From Botryllus schlosseri (taxonomy: Eukaryota): 64,000 nucleotides of DNA. The notes beneath the pieces were generated by a model. The model saw only the letters and a list, made by a program, of their open reading frames with translations, was not told the origin of the DNA and ran no database searches. The DNA is taken from assembly GCA_051294905.1 (NCBI GenBank), contig CM119377.1, forward strand, positions 13,454,001 to 13,518,000, written 5' to 3'. The translations under genes were made by a program, and so were the position numbers. Below, piece by piece: positions 52,455 to 64,000 of this stretch (its first letter is position 1; each line of letters begins with the position of its first letter).

Positions 52455-52915
52455 GACATAATGAACATAAGGAGCTGCAGTGGAACCTAACGAAAATAAG
52501 GTCGTAATGGAACCTAACGAACATTTGGGTTACCATAAGATGATTTGTCCTCTTTTTAGACGTTTTTGAAAGTGTCCTCGGAGGACGCCCAAATGTCCTC
52601 TTTTTTGAGATTTTGTCCACTTTTTTGTGAATTTTGGTTAAATATTGGGCAAAATTCGACTGAGATACAGTAAATCAGCAGTGAAGTAACGCTCTGGCGG
52701 CTATTTCTGGAGCTGGGCCGGAAAGTTGACCTTTTTTAGTCAACCGACCACGACGTGGAAAAAATTTACCATTTTTTCCGAATTTACCTCCGATATTGCA
52801 AGTCTGAAAATTTTGAAAAAGTGTCCTCTTTTCAGATTTCCAAAATAAGGTAACCCTAACGAGTAACGAACATAGGGTCATGATGGAACCTAACGAACAT
52901 AAGGACCATGGTGAA
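52455..52915. repeat. About 27-bp minisatellite (ggaacctaacgaacataagg...) of roughly 5 units, interrupted by a MITE
   Basis: Units at about 52455, 52482, 52509, 52860 and 52884. Confidence 0.7.
52525..52858. mobile_element. hAT MITE (tagggttacc TIR, gtcctc subterminal repeats)
   Basis: Ends ttgggttacc / ggtaacccta; left flank acgaacat, right flank acgagta followed by acgaacat. Confidence 0.75.
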
Positions 52916-52977
52916 AGTTGATGGATGTGGTGCACAACGTGTCGCAACTTCATTATGACGCTCCACGTCACTGATAA

Positions 52978-53799
52978 CACTGGTAAACACAATTTTTGTT
53001 GACTTTGATCAGACAATTGATTTCGCCTAACTTTTTGGCGCTGAATTCGTAAATGACTTCCGTTTTTCTCGATCATGCCAAGTTTTTGGGGTAGGCACCC
53101 ACCCCATTGTCTCATAATCCACATTAAAAGTACTATTTCTAACATTTTGTTTTTATTGTATGAAACGTTTCAAAAACCACAAGCAGTCGAAAGTAAATCA
53201 ATAGACTATAAATTAACATTTGCACTGCTTTATGTGGCTGATTTAAACTGATATTGCTTCTGCAGGACAAACAAAGTGCTAGTTTCAGGGTTCAAATTTA
53301 CGCAAATAAATCATAATTCTGTGGGTTGTCTCGTTTGATACTCGAGCAATTGTCAGCTAACATAATGTAAGCTCAAATCTACTCTGGTATCTTACCCCTG
53401 TCATCTTAAGATATTGGGGGATGCTTTCTCCTTGCCCATCGCTGACTATGCCAAGGTTTACCGTTTGTCTGAAATATCCTCGGATGATTGCATCCTCTAA
53501 CCAAGAAGGGGCGAATGCATCGGCCTAGATCGATACCAGTACCTTTTTTCTAATTATTCAATTGATCCCTTGGCAATACAACTTAATATATGATAAAAGT
53601 GTGGTTTTGCATATGGTATGAAAAAGTAATACGGCTAAATTCGTGAAAATTTGCATATTTTGGGCATATGCTGTAGAGCAAAAACTTGACGCGACAGGAG
53701 AATGCCAGCGGCATTTTCGGAATCATCATACCAAAATTAGCTTACATCAAGTGCAAAATCAAAGTCAACAAAATTTTCCTTAAAAATTGTTGCCCAGTG
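52978..53799. mobile_element. Tc1/mariner-like MITE
   Basis: Imperfect TIR cactggtaaacacaatttttgttgactttgat vs atcaaagtcaacaaaattt...attgttgcccagtg; TA on the right flank, AA on the left. Confidence 0.55.
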
Positions 53800-54078
53800 T
53801 AATTATTCGTACTATTTTCCACTGTGGAAGAACAGGCATTATATTCTTTGTGGATATACATAAAAGCTACATATTTGAACTTTGACATCTTACATATACT
53901 GTTATTACGCCATAACGAGTAATACTGGAATACTCGACTCGAAGCTTAATTTTGAAACTTTTGGGGGGAATCTGACTTTGGGGTTGTATGGGAAGATAAC
54001 ACGAGGTTCACAAGGTTTTTTTACTACTATTGTAAAACTGTTTAAGTATGAAACTAGTTCTTTAGAATTGTGTGTAAT

Positions 54079-54385
54079 CAGGATTGCATTTAAAACAAAT
54101 AGTTGTTAAAACACTTTGTTCAGAACACGTTTTAAACAGTGTTTTAAACAAAGGCCTTAAAACAATTGTTTTTTTTTTCAAGTTGTAAAATTATGCCATA
54201 ATTGTGTAAATACATTCCAAAAAACATGTTGTATGAGCCTACGAACGATTACCAATTTACCACCCGCTAGCCGACGATCACCATATGGGATGGTTGAAAC
54301 CCTCAAAATAGTCGGCTGAACAACTAAAGTACGTATATATTTCGTCAAAGGAGCTATATTTACCATAGATTTTCAATTGTCGCAT
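54079..54385. mobile_element. Truncated third copy of the 44442/49036 MITE family
   Basis: caggattgcatttaaaacaaa start and colinear internal sequence (aagttgtaaaattatgccataattgtgt...); right end missing. Confidence 0.8.
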
Positions 54386-54588
54386 GTCATTATGATCCTC
54401 ATATTTGTTATGCTCATTGTACAAAATAAAGACATCCTGACCGCCCCCTTACAATCTTACATCAGGCTATGAGGATTATTTCGCCGGTATATTGTCATAT
54501 TCGCATTAATGATTAATAGCCTTGTCGGAATTATGACAAGAATTCCGCTTGTGTATGCTTGAAAGATGCAGAACAAGCTAGTACTGGT

Positions 54589-55868
54589 CAGAGGTGGTCA
54601 AAGTAGTCAAGAGAGCTACTCAAGTAGAAGTAGAAGTAGCGACGAAAAAATCTACTCAAGTACGAGTAGAAGTACTTCTTTCGTAAGCAACCTAAAACTA
54701 CTTGAAGTAGAAGTAGAATTGACTGACTTTAAATCTACTCAAGTAAGTAAGTAGTCTTGAAAATGGTCGCAATTCGTTCGCATTGACTGTCAAAAGCTGC
54801 AAATTGCGGTACGGAAGGTGTATGGAGCTCGATTCATATTGATGTATCCCAGGAGGTGTCAATGGTTGACAGAATAAACAGCCGTCCATATAATGGGATG
54901 TGTAAATGATAGTATTGATATGGAATGTGATATCAACTCTTTTTTTACTCGAACACCCCGTTTTAGATAATATGGCATGACACCCTCCCTCATATTATAA
55001 GGCTCCAAGTTCAGTCGAAGAGCAATACGGAGAAGTTGTGTCGGATACGGCTTTAAAACTTTACGCAATTAGTATACGTTAATTAAAAATATGGCAGATC
55101 GTGAAATTGGCATATAGTGTATAGCTTTATTTTCAGAAAATATAAGGCATGACTACACTTGCTTTTATACTTCTACGTGTATGTTTTCCAGAAAAAAAAA
55201 ACTGAAATTATTATTAGAACTCAACGTATAATACTTGTCATTGAAAGAAAAATACAAATTATACTTCTAAAAAGCGGAAAATATATTTCATGTCTTTTGG
55301 CCAGAAAGTTTCAACGGTGGTCTGCTAAAATAGGTCTAACGTTAAAAAAGTCAATGTCCACTTTTCCAGATTAGGACACGTCATGGTCTGCTAGGTATAA
55401 TAGGTTATTGCAAGATTGCGAAACGATAGTTTCAAAGGCTATGGGGGGCCATACTTACTGTGATGAAATATTTGATATAGGCAACAATGCGGTGTGAACG
55501 GAACCACGCAACCCGGTATCTAAATTATATTCAGCGAAACTTCCGTTAAAACATATTTGTCACTTCATATTTACTGTGCGCGAAGCGCAACGAAAATTTT
55601 GGGTATTACATGACTTTTATGAAAATTAAATGTTGGAACTACGTGAAAACAGCCCCGAAATTCTTTAGGCTATCTTTCTTATTGGGGGATTAAACTACTT
55701 CTACTTGACAAACTGAAAATAGCGAAAAGTAAATAAGTAGAACACAAAATATTACGAAGTAGAAGTAAAAGTAGCGAAAATCAGATCTACTTGAGTAAGT
55801 ACCAGAAGTCGAGGAAAACTACTCAAGTACTTCGAAAAAGTAGAATACTTCGTTACTGACCACCTCTG
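54589..55868 (+). mobile_element. hAT non-autonomous element (agtaga-repeat family)
   Basis: TIR cagaggtggtca / tgaccacctctg; perfect TSD gtactggt (54581-54588, 55869-55876). Confidence 0.92.
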
Positions 55869-58800
55869 GTACTGGTACACCTCATGAAAATTGACTTAGA
55901 CACCCATCCGGTTTAGAACCACTGCATCAAGCATTGATCTTCATCTTATATAGGTAAGGCTCCCACGGATGAGCCCCCACTTCATGTATATTCGATTACG
56001 TGGGTATACCATGAGTGCTATGGCATATAAGTGCCAGTTAATCACGCTATCTGCGTTTAGTCGATAAGGTTTGGATAAGTAGTATTTATATTGGTCAATC
56101 GACCGAGCAATGCAAATTTCCAAGCGATAGCCCTCCTCTCTAATATTGCCTTGTTTGTCAGCGCCACACCCAAATACTCGTTGACCCGCATAAATGTGGT
56201 GAATTTACGCTGATATTTCTATAAACTGCACCATATATTCTACACTCTTATGGATTTCTAAAAAAATACGTCTAATATTTCGCGGCACAAAAATATGAAC
56301 GACGCAAATGTAACCTCCCAGAACAAAACTTGATCCCTAACAGAAAATTACCGAAAATTCGAGATTGCAAATTTCCATGCTGGTCGGCGAATTCAATACT
56401 TTAATTGTGGAGCGATCATCATCGAAATTGGCGTGAGTGATATTTCTATTACGGTACTGGTGACATTAATCTTTCCGTCAGATGACTATCTCCGAGGAAG
56501 TGGATAACACCGCCACAGCTTTTCTCGACGTGAAATTAAATTCGAGGGAATCGCGTTGAAATTTAATTCGAACGCCGCTGCACGTAAGTCTCTTCCGTCA
56601 CGGGAACGTTGATTATGATATCTTGTTTCCTGGTATAATAATTTCGCTTCGAATATTTTAATATTAATTCGCAAATCTGGCACGTTCAAATACATGGACG
56701 GTTTTATGCGCACATTTTTTTTCTTTTCAATGACGTAGCTTGTTCAAACGTGATAATTTCTGAGTAACTAGATAGCCTCAGAAGGAACAAGACCGGTTTG
56801 TGAAATTCGTGGGTCGAAACTACCTGACAAATGCTGCAGGAAATTCTCTATAAGAATACGCGTTAGCTAAACGGAGTAAATCCGCATTAACAGATCGCAA
56901 ATCACTGCCAAATTTGTAGTTAAGAAAGTGATGTCACACATGGCTGGATTTGAGATTATCGGAAACTAAAGCACGTCCCATGCATTTCAAGTTGCAATAA
57001 AGTTGTGTCCTTCTCCCTTAGGTGTTATAACTTATCTTGTATGACGAAAACTTATGGAAAACTTTGTTTAACACAGCGCCGACTTACATTGACTGCATAT
57101 TGTGCAAGAACAAAGAAAGAATATTACAGCTGTTTTATGATTTCTTTTAGAAAGAGGAAAAGAGAAAGATGAGTGTTATGACTTGGTATGTTACCGTCAA
57201 ATTGATACTGTCAAATCATTAATTGATTATTATGGATATCAGCAGAAAAAAATCTTCTATCGAATATTTAAACAATATTAGCGAATCGATGTCGTTGGTG
57301 CAATCGATTTACTTGCGAGCAGCTGTTTGATACTACATCATGGCGTAAGATGTTCACTGTTAAGCGTAATTACGAAGAAGATCATCGACCGATAGGATTT
57401 TATTAAATCATTAGGCTAAACATGCTATTTTTTGAAAATATATATATTTTATCATGGATTAGAATTTATTAGAAGTCGGGAAACATATATCAGAAATATT
57501 CAAGGACGCCGGAGCTATTACGAGTATATCACATGATAAATAGCTACACATCTATGGTATCGCTTTCTATTGTGCCACATGCCCACGTGGACGCGGGAAA
57601 GGCACGTTATTAGCCTGTATGCTCCTGTTGGCGCTGTGTGGGCGAAGTTGTGTTGCAGAACAATTGCTAGCGCGATTTTGCTCACCGTGCTATGGTGAGA
57701 TTGGCGACTCTCTCAAAATATAACGCTGCATGGGATGGTCATGTCATGGGACGCTGTATATCGTGGTCCTGTTCCACTCCTAATTCCTCTTCCAACAGTT
57801 ATATAGGGAGTGTTCGATCTCGGTCATGCGGAAATTGAAGCGGCCCGCGTAATCTAGAAACCTTCTCCACATAAATACGAGTTATATTGTATCCGCACAC
57901 GCGACGTATCAACACAAAACCCGAACCAATCACTGACAAGATCCAAGCTAAGCATTTCCGGCGTTATGTAATATGTATGACTGAATTTGTCTTTAGAAAC
58001 TTGATAATACATTTGAGACATAAGTTGTGGGGAGATACTGCAAGTATTTTCTTCGCAGTGTAATAGATCATTAAGCAACCACGCGCCGTTCGAAGTAACC
58101 AGTTTACTCACCTAGCATAATGATAAATATAAATGGGAAAGTGAAATATTTTTGTGATATAAAATGTAATATAATGTATCAACCGCCTACGGTCGCCGTC
58201 TGTGCAGTACCAAAATGTCTGCATCATTAATACTTTTACGGCGTGGCTGTAAAACTAATCAATGGTCTGAAAGTGCACACTGCACAAGTGCACATACGAG
58301 TCCTGGATGTAACATCACCTAAACTGCTGCAGCTGAAACATTGATTCGTAGATCTCACAGTCAGTATATGGTCCCGCGCTCCTCCTATACACGATGCCTA
58401 GCTACATGGTGAGCTTTTTAAACTGTAAAACTTTTTTAAATAATCTGCATTGCTGTTTACACCGTGTAGCGTTGGCGTATAGCGTGCGATGTGCATTCTC
58501 CAAATATTGACTTCACTAATTTGTTGGCATGGCGAATCATGTCAGCATATACGAAGGTTGATCTTTATATTCCCTAATCGAATAACTGATGGAATCGTCA
58601 AAGTCTTGGCATATGCTTGTTTATTTTAATTGTGACGCGACCAGTCAACCGTTTGAGGCATTCAGCGGAAAAGAAGACCAGTACCAATCGGCAATAGGCG
58701 TATAATCTCTCCATGGACGGTACCATTACCGACTCCATCAACGCTGCAGTGGGAATGATCAATCATTAAAAATCAACACATTTTATCATTCGCTCTGATT

Positions 58801-61800
58801 CATTAAAGGTATAGATGTTTAAAAAAACTGAAAGCGATCAATCTTCAGCTGTCGATTTGCTTTAATCGTCTATTGAGTCAGGGCGGTTGCACTGATCACT
58901 TCGGAATGTAAATAATCGGCAGAATATAATGGGAACGATGATTTTACTTAAATTCGAACGATGGCATGAGTAAGCGTCGTCGAAGGATCGCAACAATTAA
59001 GGACTGACGGAATGGGTACGATTAAAAAAACTTACGGGCTCAAAGCGAAACCAGCTAAAAAACAGGTTTGCAACTGAAAGATTGCTTTACCATTCTAGGT
59101 TGCAGTCGTGGCATAAAGTGACGGAAAGCTGCGACAACGTGGTATTTTGTGGGCATAGGTATGATAACTTTCATTCACCTGATTATTCAAACTAAGCCTA
59201 TATCCGTGCAAAGCCAGAAGCAATCAATTATAGTGTCACTGATCGCTGGCCATATCAGACACGCAATGACTTCAAAATAGTATCGATACAAGAATGGGAA
59301 TGGGGCCATTTCAGCGATTCCGCGATTCAGTATCATACGGGTATAGGTCTACATCTGATCAAGGTAGTCGCGAAATTGTACAAAATTACAATAAATATTG
59401 ACTGTGTACTGTACAGTACAGTGATATTTTGACATCAAATCTATCCTTATGTCATTTTAATACGATGCAGACACACCCAAGGGGAACAAATATGCCTTTT
59501 CTGGAAAAAGGCAATAGTGCTACGCAATCGCATCTAGATTTCCATCCCTAATTCGGCGCTTGCACATGCACCAAGCAACGATTCATGAACCATTATGGCA
59601 TATCAAGCATACGAGAGAATGCACCTGCATTCGGCGAGTGTGATGTTACAGGATTTTGTGTTAATTTCCGAAAGTCAAGGTCACTGCGAGGAGTCGTTTT
59701 GCTTCATCCATTTAGCGATATCCAATCTCCCTGTCTAATTACAGTACTTCGAGTGCGGATTGTTTAGCAAATTTGGCGTTGAAAACCGTTTGATTAAAGT
59801 CAAGCTTGAAGCCGTTCCGCTTGTTACGACAATGTGTGACCCGTGAATTCTGAGGATAAGAGCGCTCCTTTGGCAATCGAATAGTATTGTATAATTTTCC
59901 CGCACTCTAGATGGGCGGCACCGCGGAGTTTATTTTGATTACATTTCCCATCAATAGCTTGATGCAGCTGGCGAGTAATGGATAAGCTTGACAGAAAACC
60001 TATATATGCTCTGTGTATATGTATGCGTTGCTGTTCTGATTGATAGATTCGCTATAGACGGGTGAAATACATGTCTTGAAACTAATGAAGATCGACTATT
60101 TTCTCGGACAATATTATTAAAGATATTTGACAACAACTCAGAATTATGCCTAGAATTACTATTTGTTACGGTACGAGACTGGCGAAATATTAGACAACCA
60201 GTACATGAAACACCCCGCCAACGATAGCAGGTAATGTATATAGTCAAAGTCGATGTCAAATGTCATACGCTCGCGCAATAAATATACAATTGGATATAAA
60301 TAGTTCCCGCGGCGCTAAAAGTCACACACACACAAATCCACCGACAACAAGCAAACACACACGTATCAAAAGTTATGTGAAAACTCAAGCGAAATACGCA
60401 AATTGAGTTGATTTCACTGACCAGGATTCGGTCGTCAGTTCCTCTCATACATACACACCTAGAATTATTGTACATCCGGCAATGTGTGGAAAGGTATCAA
60501 TTGCATGTAAATGAAGAATTGATTTATAAGACGAAAAAGTTCAGGGGACTATCGAAAAACCACTGTTTAGGATCACACATTCCCAGGCATAATTATTTTT
60601 GACACTGAACGGATACTGCACATTTAGTGGTTTTAGTTCGATAATACCAAAATATAACGTTTTACATGATAAATTCAAATCTACAAATATCGATTTATGA
60701 CGATGAAAATAACTATATGCCTGAGTGGCTATAGTTCGATGTAATAACGATGTTGCAGCTTATATGTCTAATGTACATAATGTTCAAGATCCAGGAGCAG
60801 CTGTGTTTCTTGTTCTTGTGCAGATTCTGCTTTACGGTCTGGACCAGAAAGATAGCGATTTTGGTCTACAAATGGCACAGTCAAAATGAACCATTGTAAG
60901 GCAATGCTGTTACGAGGAATATCAGGAAGACGGATTCTCAATAATCTAAATAGGCAAAATGTATAACGTAGATTGTTTGGCTCCGTGATTCTGCTAATTA
61001 AGTTTAAGATTGTCATCAAATATGGTTGTGATCAGATGTACGCAACGTCCCGGCTATTTCCAGAATTTTGGGAGTTCCTGCAGCTAACAAACTTTGATAT
61101 TTGACACCGCGGCCGATACATTCGGCATTGAAATATGTTTCGAGCAATAAGGCATGCATGACATCTTATGAATTGTAAATGGAATGAATTCAATATCCGA
61201 CAAGGTTAAATCTTGCGACTTCTAAACAGTAAAGCTATATAAAACCAATGCTCGAAAAAATGATTTGTATCCAACAATGTACTGCATGGCTTCAGCTTCA
61301 GTAACCGAAAGCATTACTCGTCCATCATCAAGGTAGTTTGCTGGTGCATCGCACTACATTACACGAGTGTGGCATATCGTGATTACAGTTGATTTGCTCA
61401 ACACGGGTTAAATTACGCTACCCTTATTCCGGTCCGCATTATAAATTATTGACGCGGACGCGGATTATGGATTTGTGATTATCTTTTCAAGTAGAAATAC
61501 AATTAGATCCCCATCTGCCCCGACGAGACAGCAGGAAACCGGAAAATTAGCGACGGCCGTAATTACGGCGTTCATCGTTGCGTTTGAGCGCATATCGTGT
61601 TTATGGGCCGCGCAGAAATCTCATTACGTTTGGGTTAGAGGTGAAATGCGATTGAGTGTGAGCGTGTCCCGTTTCTCGGGTGCCGGATAATTGCACTTCG
61701 CCTGAGTCGAGTGGCGAAATAATTAAAGCAAGGAATTGTTGAAATTAGGAGCCGTCACTGACTTACTTCACACGGCTTCGTTGTTCGGGTCGTACTTGAT

Positions 61801-62038
61801 TACTTGGATTGAGCAATAAATGCACAAGGTGTGATATAAATTATGGTACGGACACGACTCATATTTGCTATTGAATAATATTTACGCAGATGTTGATACC
61901 TGGTATTCTTATCATTCTGATAAATAATGAATATTTCATTACTTTTATTTGAACGAGAAAGCTGAAATACAGAACAGTGAGGTATTTAGTTAGGCACTTG
62001 GATGCATTTATTAGCGGTTCATTGCATGCATACGCGTT

Positions 62039-62208
62039 CAGCGGCGTAACCAGGGGGTAAAACACACCGTCGCCCCACTGTCTCCCTTAAAGTTTGGACT
62101 CGTATATTCTATAAGTTCGTATAGCTTCATAACGCCACGATGAATCCGTGTCGTCACCTTCCCGATTTTGCATTGCCCGTCCTACATTTTTATCCTGGCT
62201 CCGCCATG
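62039..62208. mobile_element. Small degenerate MITE (ca(t)ggcggagccagg-type ends)
   Basis: cagcggcgtaaccagg / cctggctccgccatg imperfect inverted ends; TSD not convincing. Confidence 0.35.
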
Positions 62209-62350
62209 TACTGTATCATACGTGGTATGTATAGGAATGCAATCACGCTGATTTATCAACATGCAAAAGACTAGATTATCAGGATGTTTGCAAATCGGGT
62301 TAAGAGCAATTTTCTGGTGAAATACTGTTTGCGACTCTCTTGATTCACAG

Positions 62351-62915
62351 AAGGCTATTAAAAAAAAAAAACTTTTTTCCCCGAATCTTGCTGGCTACGT
62401 GATTAAATCGTTAGGTTGCCTTAAAAAACGACGCACACCAAATTTAAATTCATTCCAACCAATAATCGCGGATTTCGTAGAGTTTTAAAATTTTGAGTTT
62501 ACCCAGAAATGCAAAAAAAAACTTTTTTCAAATTTTTCTGTCAACCCCATGAAATTGTTGCGCTGTCTTCAAAAACAATGCAAAACAAATTTGATCTCAA
62601 CTTGATCGGTGGATAATGCCAGAATTATAATCAAAAAACTCAAATAACTCAGCTTCTACGGGTTTGAATCGAGTCAGATTTGTTTTGCATTGATTTTGAA
62701 GACAGTGCAACAATTTCATGGGGTTGACAGAAAAATTTGAAAAATAATTTTTTTTGCATTTTTGGGTAAACTCAAAATTTTCAAACTCTACGAAATCGGC
62801 GATTATTGGTTGGAATGAATTCAAATATGGTGTGCGTCGTTTTTTAAAGCAACCTAACGATTTAATCACGTAGCCAGCAAGATTCCGGAAAAAAAGTTTT
62901 TTTTTTAACAGCCCT
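62351..62915. mobile_element. Foldback MITE related to 4035-4646
   Basis: About 240-bp inverted arms, ends aaggctatt / aacagccct; shares ctgtcaaccccatgaaattgttg with 4035-4646; no clean 8-bp TSD. Confidence 0.88.
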
Positions 62916-63232
62916 CAGACGTATCTGTAAATATCTATATCTTTACGACTGTGCACGTGCAGCGAATTGGTTTACTTTGTCTCTCTTTCTTCGACACGTA
63001 TATTCCTCCTACTAACCTCGAATCGCAAAAACCAACCATGTCCCTCGTATTCCAGCATTACACGCATTTCAGAACAGACGGGGTGTGGTGCAAGAGGTTG
63101 CCAACATCACTGAATTACAGTAATACAGTGAGACAAGATCCTCCAAGAGTTCGGAGAATACAGCAGGGAGAAGAAATTCTAGCAATGAAGGGATGCAATG
63201 TCTCATAGTTCAATGAAAATATTTTCCGATTG

Positions 63233-63451
63233 CTACGGCCCAGAGCGGCGCCTTTCAAAGTTGACAAAAACTACTTCGAATTGGAAGTAGTACATGAGAG
63301 GTTTGAGAGATATTGCATAATTCTTCTCAAATATGCCCCGAAGGATCCCGAGATTCCTTTCGATGACCGTTTTGATTGTAGTCACGAAATGCATCGACTT
63401 GAATGACGTATGGTTTTCACTATAGAGTGCAAGTCCTGGTATATTAATCAA
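63233..63451 (-). pseudogene. Possible decayed PIF/Harbinger (DDE_Tnp_4-like) transposase fragment
   Basis: ORF 63233..63451 contains SFKSMH..TTIKTVIERNLGILRGIF, resembling FN..H..TR.VIERAFG.LK.RF; no TIRs or other motifs found. Confidence 0.3.
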
Positions 63452-64000
63452 GGTTGTACGCTAATGAGTGTGTCGATTTAAAAAAAAGGCATGTACATAT
63501 TGCGAGCCAATCTGTAAATATGCTAATGTGTTGAAAGTGCAATCAATACAGTAATCACAAGAGTATATTATGGAATACGAAAATACCGTAAAGAGATACC
63601 CACAATGGCACATAGCCTATATTGAGTTAAGTTAATCTAACTCGAATTTTAGTGAAAATACCCGGTCATCGTATTTTTTTGCATCTATGAGAACGAACTA
63701 CGTATGTTGGTTGGTTTATCGCCGCAATCGTGTCCCAAAATAGCTTCCATCGGAACAAATTCACAACGATACAATTGCGTGTGAATATAGTTTGTTGACA
63801 AAATGGAGCGCCGTCAGCCACAGCTCAAAACACGAAGCGCCAACAGCCATACACTGCACACACTGACTTAACCAATATTAAATCTCGCTATGAGTTCAAA
63901 ACTAATGCGTTTCAGTAGAGGTCGCGGAAAATCTACGCAGCACACGAGAGTATTCGAATCAACAATTCGCAATGTCTCGAACTCTTGACTTGGAAAACAA

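Larger units (their letters stand above)
51911..55924 (-). mobile_element. Probable old Charlie/Buster-like hAT element inflated by at least four nested insertions
   Basis: Ends cagtgtttct / agaaccactg; flanks taataagc vs catcaagc (5/8); minus-strand EPQIKDLDDSKHRHLSH near 52055-52105 resembles Buster-type transposase C-termini. Confidence 0.5.

Noticed and set aside
52675-53145. Longest ORF in the track (156 aa)
   Set aside because: Runs across the junctions of two MITEs and a minisatellite; artefact.
60768-61019. ORF with RLPDIPRNSIALQW faintly like a LINE RT C-terminus
   Set aside because: Similarity too weak and no other LINE motifs nearby.

Overview
AT-rich, CpG-rich eukaryotic (invertebrate animal, tunicate-like by repeat style; inference) genomic DNA with no prokaryotic features. 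Almost all ORFs in the supplied track are chance ORFs. One real gene is recoverable on the minus strand as four phase-compatible coding exons (31475-31096, 29604-29466, 26489-26400, 1345-1135; 820 nt, about 273 aa, continuing past position 1), plus a probable 5'UTR exon (31774-31702). It encodes a C2H2 finger resembling the N-terminal finger of ZFHX3/4 (ATBF1/zfh2) proteins and has a 25 kb intron. The rest is non-coding DNA carrying about 20 non-autonomous DNA transposons, mostly hAT type with verifiable 8-bp TSDs, heavily nested between 43.9 and 55.9 kb, and one tRNA-derived SINE. Best leads: (1) a hAT-like transposase remnant of a clade I associate with oomycete, red-algal and moss proteins, inside a composite element with an intact TSD; (2) candidate minimal hammerhead ribozymes after a possible Penelope-like endonuclease tail; (3) two independent left-left-right composite transposons that appear to have moved captured DNA; (4) long intronic foldback elements; (5) uORFs and a possible poison exon in the zinc-finger gene.
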